DNA from: Octopus sinensis
Taxonomy: Eukaryota
Reading direction: 5' to 3'
Assembly: GCF_006345805.1 (NCBI RefSeq)
Contig: NW_021824500.1
Location: forward strand, 1-18,402
Length of the DNA stretch: 18,402 nucleotides
A program made the position numbers and the translations under genes. The notes beneath the pieces are model-generated. The model did no database searches and was not told the origin of the DNA. It saw only the letters and a program-made list of their open reading frames with translations. Positions 1 through 9,374 of this stretch are shown piece after piece (the first letter of the stretch is position 1; the number at the start of each line of letters is the position of its first letter).

Positions 1-323
1 CCCTGAGAAAAAAGATTGTGTAAGGGAGGTAAATAGTTCTGGATTTGGTGCAGTTAGGTTAGATATAGATCTGTAATGTGAATGGTGTAAGGGGTGTATG
101 GGGGTTAGTGGTATTAATTGAAAGGTTAGTAGTGGTCTGTATCATGTTATGTGTTCATATTTAGTTGGGGAAGATATTTATTGATGAAACTTGCCTCTTT
201 ATTCTTTCTTTGTTGCACTGAGGTGTTCTGAGAACATTGATAGAAGGGGAAAATTAGGAAATTAGGATTAAGATTCCTAGCACCCCTTTCTATGAGTTCA
301 CAGGTTAGTGAATAGCTGGTCAA
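1..323 (-). mobile_element. Penelope-like element 3' fragment (end of GIY-YIG endonuclease ORF plus start of the C/A-rich 3' region), running off the window start
   Basis: Manual minus-strand translation 323->147 gives LTSYSLTCELIERGARNLNPNFLIFPFYQCSQNTSVQQRKNKEASFINKYLPQLNMNT*. The P-x-F-x-I-F-P-F-Y ... R-x-x-x-E-x-x-F-I-x-K-Y-x-P-x-L-N pattern matches the C-terminus of PLE GIY-YIG domains as I recall them. Confidence 0.65.
147..323 (-). pseudogene. GIY-YIG endonuclease C-terminal remnant (58 codons, no internal stop, no start)
   Basis: Open frame ending at TAA 149-147; cut at its 5' side by the SINE at 324-534. Confidence 0.6.
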
Positions 324-534
324 TCCACAGACACGTTTATCTATTAACGTAGTTCTCAGGGAGATTCAGTATGATACAAAGGGCTGACAAGTCTGGCCCT
401 TTAAAATAAAAGTACTACTCATTTTTACCAGATGACCGGACTGGAACAGAGTGAAATAAACTGTCGTCACCGGAAATTGAACTCACGACCTTAATTTCTT
501 GAGCCGAATCCCCTAACCACTAAGCCACGCGCCT
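324..534 (-). mobile_element. Diverged SINE: tRNA head H1 + partial CORE-like block + tail T1
   Basis: Minus strand reads aggcgcgtggcttagtggttagg (A box) ... gagttcaatttcc (B box), then tttcactctgttccagtccggtcatctggtaaaaatgagta (as in 10897-11044), then gggccagacttgtca...ctgagaactacgttaa...cgtgtctgtgga (T1 tail as in 5834-6210). Confidence 0.75.
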
Positions 535-557
535 ATATATATATATATATATATATC

Positions 558-611
<54 letters not shown>

Positions 612-697
612 TTATATATATATATATTTATATATATATATATTTATATATATATATATTTATATTATAATATATATTGTTATATATATATATTTAT

Positions 698-734
<37 letters not shown>

Positions 735-882
735 ATATATATATATTTTATATTTATATTATATATATATTTATTATATATATATATACACGTATACATA
801 CACACGCATACATACAGACAGACAGAGGACGAGAAGCTATAACTTCATATATATGCTGGTCTGGTGTGTGTATGTAGATATA

Positions 883-920
<38 letters not shown>

Positions 921-994
921 TATATAATATATATATATATATATAGTATATATATATATATATATATTATATATACACATACATTTATATATAC

Positions 995-1041
<47 letters not shown>

Positions 1042-1079
1042 ATATATATACATTCATAAAAAAAAAAAATATATATATA
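535..1079. repeat. Interrupted (TA)n microsatellite field with short CA/GACA and unique islands
   Basis: Directly visible dinucleotide repeats. Confidence 0.95.
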
Positions 1080-1286
1080 GTTAATCCAAACAAGAAAGCA
1101 CAAAAAACACAACAACGCGAGGACGTGAAACAACTGTAGTATTATTGGACGCTCAGGAAAGAAGGAAAGAAGGAGGGTTTAACGTTTCGAGCGGAGCTCT
1201 TCGTCGGAAACATAGGAGAAGGAAAGATCCAGAGAAGGGAAGACAGAGGAAAAAAATCACCAACGGTACACACACGGTCACATTTT
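1080..1286 (-). mobile_element. Short non-coding PLE pseudo-LTR-like unit carrying a hammerhead motif, embedded in microsatellites
   Basis: About 205 bp of non-microsatellite, pyrimidine-rich (minus strand) sequence containing gtttCCGACGAagagctccgctcGAAACGTtaaac. Such motifs are characteristic of PLE terminal repeats. Confidence 0.6.
1177..1211 (-). ncRNA. Minimal type I hammerhead ribozyme motif (variant core CCGACGA)
   Basis: Helix I GUUU(1211-1208)/AAAC(1180-1177); core CCGACGA 1207-1201 plus extra A1200; helix II GAGC-UCC-GCUC 1199-1189; GAAA 1188-1185; palindromic ACGU helix III; GUU cleavage triplet, predicted cut between 1181 and 1180. Confidence 0.7.
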
Positions 1287-1327
1287 GAATATATAAATGT
1301 ATACACGCACACACACACACACACACA

Positions 1328-1358
<31 letters not shown>

Positions 1359-1580
1359 CATGATATACAAAATATATAGATATAGAAACACAGATTTATA
1401 TATTTATGTTTCTTTGTCTATCTGTCTCTCTACCTGTCTATCTATCAAACTATTTATCTCATCCCCTGTCTCTCTCTCCCCTTTGTATATATGTATATGT
1501 ATGTATATATCTATATATATATATGTGTTTGCATGTGTGTGTATGTATGCATATCTGTGTATGTATATATATATTATTTT
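1287..1580. repeat. Mixed (CA)n/(TA)n/(TCTR)n/(TG)n low-complexity tract
   Basis: Directly visible. Confidence 0.85.
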
Positions 1581-1838
1581 ACCTAAAAGCTCCACGAGGC
1601 TCCGGCAGGGGATGGTGGTGATCCCTGCTGTACTCTTTCACCACAACTTTCTCTCACTCTTACTTCCTGTTTCTGTTGAACCTGTATTTCAAAGGGCCGG
1701 CCTTGTCACTCTCTGTGTCACGCTGAATATCCCCGAGAACTACGTTAAGGGTGCACGTGTCTGTGGAGTGCTCAGCCACTTACACGTTAATTTCACTGGG
1801 AACCCTCATCGTCGTAACCGACGGAGTGCTTCCATCCA
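1581..1838 (+). mobile_element. 5'-truncated SINE, body B2 + tail T1 (H2-B2-T1 family), about 30-bp internal deletion near the 3' end
   Basis: Near-identical to 5926-6210 and to the reverse complements of 2601-2990 and 14391-14779; ends gacggagtgcttccatcca; lacks the gagcaggctgttcc...gatcaac segment. Confidence 0.9.
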
Positions 1839-1844
1839 TATAAT

Positions 1845-2093
1845 CATTGACTTGCTCCGGTAATTTTCTGAGAGAGCAGACAACAACCTGTTATCAAATG
1901 TCTAACCGGGTCTCTCGGGGTTGGCAGCTAGATATTAAATATCGTGGAAGATACTCAATACGCAATACCAATCTCAAAATCCTAGCTGTCGCCAAAAGGA
2001 CAGTTTTGTTTAGCAAGTCAATTCCGGTTCCTCCGAGATATTTCTCGAACTTCTTTGTTGGGTCTCCGGGTTCCACTACAACTAATGAGATAT
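1845..2093 (-). mobile_element. R4/Dong-like (restriction-like endonuclease) non-LTR retrotransposon, C-terminus and 3' UTR fragment
   Basis: Supplied ORF 1894-2076 extended: VVVEPGDPTKKFEKYLGGTGIDLLNKTVLLATARILRLVL, resembling the R4/Dong C-terminal pattern VVGALG...KYL..IGI...QK.ALLGTA.ILR.VL. Confidence 0.6.
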
Positions 2094-2317
2094 TACTCTT
2101 TTACTCTTCTACTTGTTTCAGTCATTTTTGACTGCGGCCATGCTGGAGCACCGCCTTTAATCGAGCAACTCGACCCCGGGACTTATTCTTTTGTAAGCCC
2201 AGTACTTATTCTATCGATCTCTTTTGCCGAACCGCTAAGTAACGGGGACATAAACACACCAGCACGGTTGTCAAGCAATGCTAGGGGGACAAACACAGAC
2301 ACACAAAAAACACACGC

Positions 2318-2372
<55 letters not shown>

Positions 2373-2540
2373 TATACGACCGGCTTCATTCAGTTTCCGT
2401 CTACCAAATCCACTCACAAGGCTTTGGTCGGCCCGAGGCTATAGTAGAAGACACTTGCCCAAGGTGCCACGCAGGGTGTCTGAACCCAGAACCATGTGGT
2501 TGGTAAACAAGCTACTTACCACACAGCCACTCCTGCGCCT
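2094..2540 (-). mobile_element. Full-length SINE family A (tRNA head + CORE-like block + internal microsatellite + 3' half ending in (agtaaaag)n)
   Basis: Reverse complement of the element at 3994-4431, 7826-8230 and 16440-16924; head aggcgcaggagtggctgtgtggtaag; internal (TA)n 2321-2376. Confidence 0.9.
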
Positions 2541-2559
2541 AATAATAATATAATAATAA

Positions 2560-3124
2560 TCAGATAAATACATAACAAAAACAACAGGGCTAACAATTAT
2601 GGATGGATGGAAGCACTCCGTCGGTTACGACGACGAGGTTTTCGGTTGATCCGAATCAATGGAACAGCCTGCTCGTGAAATTAACGTGTAAGTGGCTGAG
2701 CACTCCACAGACACGTGTACCCTTAACGTAGTTCTCGGGGATATTCAGCGTGACACAGAGAGTGACAAGGCCGGCCCCTTGAAATACAGGTACAACAGAA
2801 ACAGGAAGTAAGAGTGAGAGAAAGTTGTGGCGAAAGATACGGCAGGGATCACCACCATCCCCTGCCGGAGCCTCGTGGAGCTTTAGGTGTTTTCGCTCAA
2901 TAAACACTCACAACACCCGGTCTGGGAATCGAAACCGCGATCCTATGACCGCGAGTCCGCTGCCCTAACCACTGGGCCATTGCGCCTCCACTAACAATTA
3001 TACATATATAACATACAGAAAATGGCACTACTAGGCACTGCACACATCCCAAGTAAAAACACTTTCAATTCAGCAAAGTTAAGAGCATCACAGCAAACCA
3101 CAGCACATACCCAAGGCACACACA
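2560..3124 (+). mobile_element. Second R4/Dong-like 3' fragment, 5'-truncated, preceded by (AAT)n and interrupted by a SINE
   Basis: Removing 2601-2990 and one TSD copy restores SDKYITKTTGLTIIHIYNIQKMALLGTAHI followed by frameshifted KTLSIQ. An (AAT)6 tract lies at 2541-2559. Confidence 0.7.
2601..2990 (-). mobile_element. Full-length SINE H2-B2-T1 with 11-bp TSD
   Basis: Head tggaggcgcaatggcccagtggttaggg...ggtttcgattccc; tail ends (tcca)n; TSD ctaacaattat at 2590-2600 and 2991-3001. Confidence 0.92.
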
Positions 3125-3284
3125 GTCGTTAAGGTCAAACAACTGACATGCAAATCTGAGGTATTGAGCAGAATATTTGCTGTAGCCCATCTTTTATACC
3201 AAGACAAAACAATGTACATGATAACACTTCCAAACACTTAAGATCAGAAGCCATGAGAGCCACTGCCTGGTACTGCATCAGGGC
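3125..3284 (+). mobile_element. Unclassified repeat end abutting a long (TTA)n tract, probably a retroposon 3' end
   Basis: Non-coding block ending gcctggtactgcatcagggc directly followed by (ATT)n; its segment 3140-3180 recurs at 3574-3612. Confidence 0.45.
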
Positions 3285-3312
3285 ATTATTATTATTACTA
3301 TTATTATTATTA

Positions 3313-3352
<40 letters not shown>

Positions 3353-3380
3353 TATTATTATTACTATTATTATTTTATTA

Positions 3381-3417
<37 letters not shown>

Positions 3418-3434
3418 TATTATTATTATTTATT

Positions 3435-3471
<37 letters not shown>

Positions 3472-3531
3472 TTTATTACTATTATTATTATTATTTTATT
3501 ATTATTACTATTATTATTATTATTATTATTA

Positions 3532-3566
<35 letters not shown>

Positions 3567-3570
3567 TATT
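3285..3570. repeat. Interrupted (TTA)n trinucleotide tract, about 286 bp
   Basis: Directly visible. Confidence 0.97.
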
Positions 3571-3823
3571 AAGCAACTGATAAGCAAATCTGGTGTTGAG
3601 CAGAATATTTGCGATAACGATATTTCTGCTTCAGCATCTCAACGTTGAATCTGTGTGAAATGTAATGGAAAATAGGTCAGTTCCAAAACAATGAGGCCCA
3701 GGAGACAAAGGCAACGTTTGAAGGAATAGCTGTGATTTTGTTTGATTTCTAGAGAAAAGCAAATAAGAAATAACGCGGACTTTTACAAAAGATTTATGAA
3801 TAAATAAAAAAACAATTTTGTTA

Positions 3824-4431
3824 CAGGAGTGGCTGTGTGGTAAGTAGTTTGCTTACCAACCACATGGTGCCGGGTTCAGTCCCACTGCGTGACCCCTTGG
3901 GCAAGTGTCTTCTACTATAGCCTCGGGCCGACCAAAGCATTCTGAGTGGACTTGGTAGACGGAAACTGAAAGAAGCCCGTCGTATATATATATAGGCGCA
4001 GGATTGGCTGTGTGGTAAGTAGTTTGCTTACCAACCACATGGTTCCGGGTTCAGTCCCACTGCGTGACCCCTTGGGCAAGTGTCTTCTACTATAGCCTCG
4101 GGCCGACCAAAGCCTTGTGACTGGACTTGGTAGACGGAAACTGAAAGAAGCCCGTCGTATATATGGATATATATATGTGTGTGTGTATGTTTGTGTGTCT
4201 GTGTTTGTACCCCTAGCATTGCTTGACAACCGATGCTGGTGTGTTTACGCCCCCGTCACTTAGCGGTTCGGCAAAAAAGAGAACCGGTAGAATAAGTACT
4301 GGGCTTACAAATAATAAGTCCCGGGGTCGAGTTGCTCGACTAAAGGCGGTGCTCCAGCATGGCCGCAGTCAAATGACTGAAACAAGTAAAAGAGTAAAAG
4401 AGAGAGAGAGAGAGAGAGTAAATAGAAAAAG
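3824..4431 (+). mobile_element. SINE family A with tandemly duplicated 5' half, inside one 13-bp TSD
   Basis: 5' half at 3824-3993 repeats from 3999 (period 175 bp); a single 3' half follows; TSD caattttgttaca at 3813-3825 and 4432-4444. Confidence 0.9.
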
Positions 4432-4829
4432 CAATTTTGTTACATTGTTATTCAAAAGCGAAGAAATTTGTCTGCAAATCAAATCCCATATGGGACAAAA
4501 TGACGTGTTGGTGTATCATCTTCGTCAAAAATAGTGCTCTTCAAACTATTTTTGACTAGGGAATGCTAGAAATAGATAGCACTTCCATAGGAGTGTTGAG
4601 AATACACATAGGTGTGGCAAATATAGAGAAGGAAACAAAAGGTGGCGCTGGGTGCGTATACATACATCGCGGGGATTTTTTAGAGATATTTTGAGATATT
4701 TTTTAGAGATATTTTGAGATATTTCAGATATACTTTTTAAATTTGAGAAGCTGATTTTCAAGTGCAAGCAAAAGTCTTTATCAGAATTAAAATGTGAATC
4801 AGACATTGTTATTATTATCAGTGAGCAAA

Positions 4830-5658
4830 AGGTCAGCGAACTACCAAAAGAATCGGTAGCGCGCCGGACAAAATGCTTAGCGACATATCATCCGTCTTCA
4901 CGTTCTGAGTTCAAGTTTCAACGAAGTTAACTTTGCCTTTCATCCTTTCGGAGTTGATAAAATAAATACCTATTTCTTTACTACTCACAAGGGGCTAAAC
5001 ACAGAGAGGACAAACAAGGACAGACAAACGGATTAAGTCGATTATATCGACCCCAGTGCGTAACTGGTATTTATTTAATCGACCCCGAAAGGATGAAAGG
5101 TAAAGTCGACCTCGGCGGAATTTGAACTCAGAACGTAGCGGCAGACGAAATACCTATTTCTTTACTACCCACAAGGGGCTAAACACAGAGAGGACAAACA
5201 AGGACAAACGGATTAAGTCGATTATGTCGACCTCAGTACGTAACTGGTACTTATTTAATCGACCCCGAAAGGATGAAAGGTAAAGTCGACCTCGGCGCAA
5301 TTTGAACTCAGAACGTAACAGCAGACGAAATACCTGTTTCTTTATTACCCACAAGAGGCTAAACACAGAGAGAACAAAGAAGGACAGACAAACGGATTAA
5401 GTCGATTATATCGACCTCAGTACGTAACTGGTACTTAATTTATCAAACCCGAAAGGATGAATGCAAAGTCAACCTCGGCGGAATTTGAACTCAGAACGTA
5501 GCGGCAGATGAAATACCGCTAAGCATTTCGCCCGGCGTTCTAACGTTTCTGCCTGCTCGCTACCTTTGATAAAATAAATACCAGTCTTGTATTGGGGTCG
5601 ATGTAATCGACTTCGCCTCTCCGCCGAAATTGCTAGCCTCTTCTCAAAATTTGAAGCC
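4830..5658 (+). mobile_element. Old SINE of the Meta-domain-like family (family M), split by a younger antisense concatemer
   Basis: 4830-4970 has a degenerate head plus gttctgagttcaag...aactttgcctttcatcctttcggagttgataaaataaatacc; it resumes at 5566 with ccagt...ggggtcgatgtaatcgactt. Confidence 0.75.
4971..5565 (-). mobile_element. Family M SINE concatemer: one head plus three tandem bodies, 17-bp TSD
   Basis: Units 4971-5154, 5155-5334 and 5335-5517, head 5518-5565; TSD ttgataaaataaatacc at 4954-4970 and 5566-5582. Central gccgaggtcgactttgcctttcatcctttcggggtcgat resembles the Meta domain. Confidence 0.9.
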
Positions 5659-5719
5659 GTTGTTAGTAACCATAATCATGACCGAAGTTACACGGATCTT
5701 TTAGCTCATATCTTCTAAT

Positions 5720-6507
5720 TGTTATAATCATTGGACTGCGGCCATGCTTGGGCACTACTTTGAAGGACTTTAGTCGAACAAATCTACCCTAGTACTTATT
5801 GTTAAGTCTGGTACTTAAAACATCTGTCCTTTTATGGCCCAGTGGTTAGGGCAGCGGACTCGCGGTCATAGGAGCGCGGTTTCGATTCCCAGACCGGGCG
5901 TTGTGAGTGTTTATTGAACGAAAACACCTAAAAGCTCCACGAGGCTCCGGCAGGGGATGGTGGTGATCCCTGCTGTACTCTTTCACCACAACTTTCTCTC
6001 ACTCTTACTTCCTGTTTCTGTTGTGCCTGTATTTCAAGGGGCCGGCCTTGTCACTCTCTGTGTCACGCTGAATATCCCCGAGAACTACGTTAAGGGTACA
6101 CGTGTCTGTGGAGTGCTCAGCCACTTACACGTTAATTTCACGAGCAGGCTGTTCCGTTAATTCGGATCAACCGGAAACCTCATCGTCGTAACCGACGGAG
6201 TGCTTCCACCAAATGCTTCCACCTTTTTTACCGAACCACTATGTCACGAGAATATAAGCAAGACAATATCGGTTGTCAAACATTAGATGATAGCGACATA
6301 CACAAACACCGCACACACATATATTTCTATGCATACACACACACATATATGCGTGTATACATATGCTAAGGGCTTCACATAGTTTCTCTCAATCAAACTT
6401 GCTCACAGATTATTAGTTGGATTGCAGTTAAAGAAGACATTTGCTAAAGGTACAGCACTGTGTAATTGAACTCAATACCACGAGTTTACAAAGCGAATTT
6501 CTTAAGA
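5720..6507 (-). mobile_element. Old, diverged family A-like SINE interrupted by an H2-B2-T1 SINE
   Basis: 5720-5830 (gactgcggccatgcttgggcac...ttagtcgaacaaatctaccctagtacttatt) and 6222-6507 (accgaaccact...tcggttgtcaaac...gggcttc...gaagacatttgctaaaggt...) align in order with the reverse complement of family A. Confidence 0.7.
5834..6210 (+). mobile_element. SINE H2-B2-T1, nearly full length
   Basis: atggcccagtggttagggcagcggactcgcggtc...ggtttcgattcccagacc head; same body and tail as 2601-2990. Confidence 0.92.
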
Positions 6508-6529
6508 ACACAGACACGCCCACGCCTAT

Positions 6530-7077
<548 letters not shown>

Positions 7078-7825
7078 TTAAACCATATATTTTAAACATT
7101 TTAAAAGAGAAATCTTAGTCAAGATTAAAATATGAGTCAGGCATTATGTTATCAGAGTGCAGAACATGACTGATGATATACCAGAGGTTAAGATGTGCTG
7201 CTGCGTGATTCAGAGCTCATCCTTTATGTAGCCTCCTTTTAGATGTGGTCTAGAATATGAAAGTATATTATAGTTTGGTTTCGAGTAGCGTAGGAGAGAG
7301 GTGTTGTGCCCTTAACCCTTTATATTTTGGAGGTTTCCAGTGAGAAGAAAGTACAAGGCTACCCTTAAAAAAGAACCCCCCCTTGTGCGAACGTTCCAGA
7401 AAGGCATTAAATATCATATAAGAAGGAAAATGAAAACATCTAATTTTAATATATTTTAAGGGATACAATACTATGATAGTTGACCGGTTTCGCTTTTGCT
7501 AATCATGACATTGTAATTGGTGAAAATATTGTAATTTCATATTTTCTTAAGAAACATTTACTCCGTGTTGCTTGTATAAGTTTCTGTTTGTATATGAATC
7601 AACATGTAGGAAAAATTTAAATGTAAGTAATTGGTGATTGTTATTATTCGAGACAGGAGAGGCAATTGCACTTGGGGTGGGTAAATGTATATAAACTCAT
7701 ACATTAAAGTAGTGAGATAAAATATGTACGGTTTCAGTTATGGGTTCATGAATTAAAATCTTGACAAAACCCAAAATTGGTTATGCATCTATATTCAGGT
7801 GTAGTTTTGTTTTTCAATAAATATA

Positions 7826-8230
7826 TTGGCTGTGTGGTAAGTAGCTTCCTTACCAACCACATGGTTCCGGGTTCGGTCTCACTGCGTGGCATCTTGGGCA
7901 AGTGTCTTGTACTATAGCCTCGGGCCGACCAAAGCCTTGTGAGTGGATTTGGTAAACGGAAACTTAAAGAAGCCCGTCGTATATATGTATGTATATATAT
8001 ATATATAATATGTATGTGTGTGTGTATATGTTTGTGTGTCTGTGTTTGTACCCCCACCATCGCTTGACAACCGATGCTGGTGTGTTTATGTCCCCGTAAG
8101 TTCGGCAAAAGAGGCCGATAGTATAAGTACTAGGCTTACAAAGAATAAGTCCTGGGGTCAATTTCTTCGACTAAAGGCGGTGCTCCAGCATGGCTGCAGT
8201 CAAATGACTGAAACAAGTAAAAGAGTAAAG
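7826..8230 (+). mobile_element. SINE family A copy
   Basis: tggctgtgtggtaagtagc... to ...gactgaaacaagtaaaagagtaaag; internal TA/TG tract about 7980-8030. Confidence 0.92.
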
Positions 8231-8632
8231 ACATCGTTCTTGTAGATAAATTGTTTCCTTGTATTGGTAGATGGGAAAACCATGAAGTTTGGTTGGAGAT
8301 TCCAGCCCATCTCTTTATGTGTTTACTCAATGGTATTTAACTGCACCTTGGGATACAAGGAACATATCCGTTTACTAAGTTGGTAAACAGATCCGTTTAC
8401 CACATTTAGCTTCGTTACTATAGCAACAGTCCGGATACTTATTGGTCAGACCTCGTATGTGTGTGCCTGTGTGCGTATGTGTGTGTGTATACATACATAC
8501 AAACATAAATACGTATATCTACAACTTTATATACGAGGGGGTGTTCATTAAAAATTTCCTCAGACCCACCTCTGATTATTACAGGAAGCGGAACTTGTAT
8601 AGGTATAATCATGCATGTCTGTATATATCACG

Positions 8633-8889
8633 CAGAAAGGGCTCCTTAGCCGTAGTGAAGGCAATCTATCTAGGGAGATAACCTTACAATAAATCACTGG
8701 GTCCGTAGCTTAGAAATACTGGGTTGACGTCCAGCGGGAACAGCTTTGTTTCATGGAGGAGGAAAGATCTTCTTTAGTACTTGGTTGTACAATGCTTTCC
8801 AATGTGTGTAGTAGTGGCGCGCGCACACATTATTAGCCATTTGAAAAGACTATGAAAGTCTCGACCACGGTCGAACAATGATGATGATG
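8633..8889 (+). mobile_element. Unclassified 257-bp retroposon with (ATG)4 tail and 10-bp TSD, inside the mariner 5' region
   Basis: TSD atatatcacg at 8623-8632 and 8890-8899; tail atgatgatgatg 8878-8889. Confidence 0.7.
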
Positions 8890-9095
8890 ATATATCACGT
8901 CGTAAATTGCAGCTTTCCACCTGTATTCGTTTGTCTTTTGCGGCGGCTGAAATGGACTAAGGTTTTTATAATAGAGGCAGTTGAATTCCGATCAGTGATC
9001 AGGTTCTTATACTTGGAAGGTCGTACACCAAAAGAGACTTTCGATGAGATAAAAGACGATTATGGTGAAATTGCACCATCATACGACATCGTCAA

Positions 9096-9374
9096 GCAAT
9101 TTCTGCAGCAGTGAAGCATAATATTCTCCGTTAATTGGGGTGCCCTTTGCCAGAAAATCCATCATTACTGTTATGCGCTGGTCCCAAAAGACTTGGACCT
9201 TCTTTGGAGTTGGCGAGTTATCATGCTTCTATTGCTTCGACTGGACTTTAGTCTCAGGATCATAATGTTGGAACCATATTCCATCCTGTGCGATAAGGCT
9301 GCAGAAAAAAACCCTCGTTTTCTTGCAGAAATTGCGGGACGCAATCAAAGAAGAGAGGTGTGGCATGTTGACCA
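9096..9374. repeat. Templated, partly inverted copy of the transposase catalytic region
   Basis: 9132-9325 is the reverse complement of 9849-10042 (5 mismatches in 194 by manual alignment); 9327-9374 is a direct copy of 10043-10090 (2 mismatches in 48); 9105-9131 holds 27 bp absent from the downstream copy. Confidence 0.92.

Noticed and set aside
677-1133. ORFs rich in YI/IY, CV, LSIY or LLL (also 3253-3648, 6428-7099, 11580-12312, 17722-18076)
   Set aside because: They are translations of (TA)n, (GT)n, (GATA)n and (TTA)n tracts that lack stop codons in some frames.
4524-4575. Hairpin followed by CTAG as a Helitron 3' end
   Set aside because: The stem is AT-rich, the CTAG copies are followed by G or A rather than T, and no matching 5' TC end was identified.
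5834-5900. tRNA-like sequences at SINE 5' ends (A and B boxes)
   Set aside because: Each continues into a SINE body repeated elsewhere in the window, and no complete cloverleaf with a terminator is evident.
7168-7200. ctgatga motif
   Set aside because: No downstream helix II or GAAA.
8846-8877. ctatga...gaac as a degenerate hammerhead
   Set aside because: Both core boxes are defective, spacing is wrong and there is no helix I pairing.
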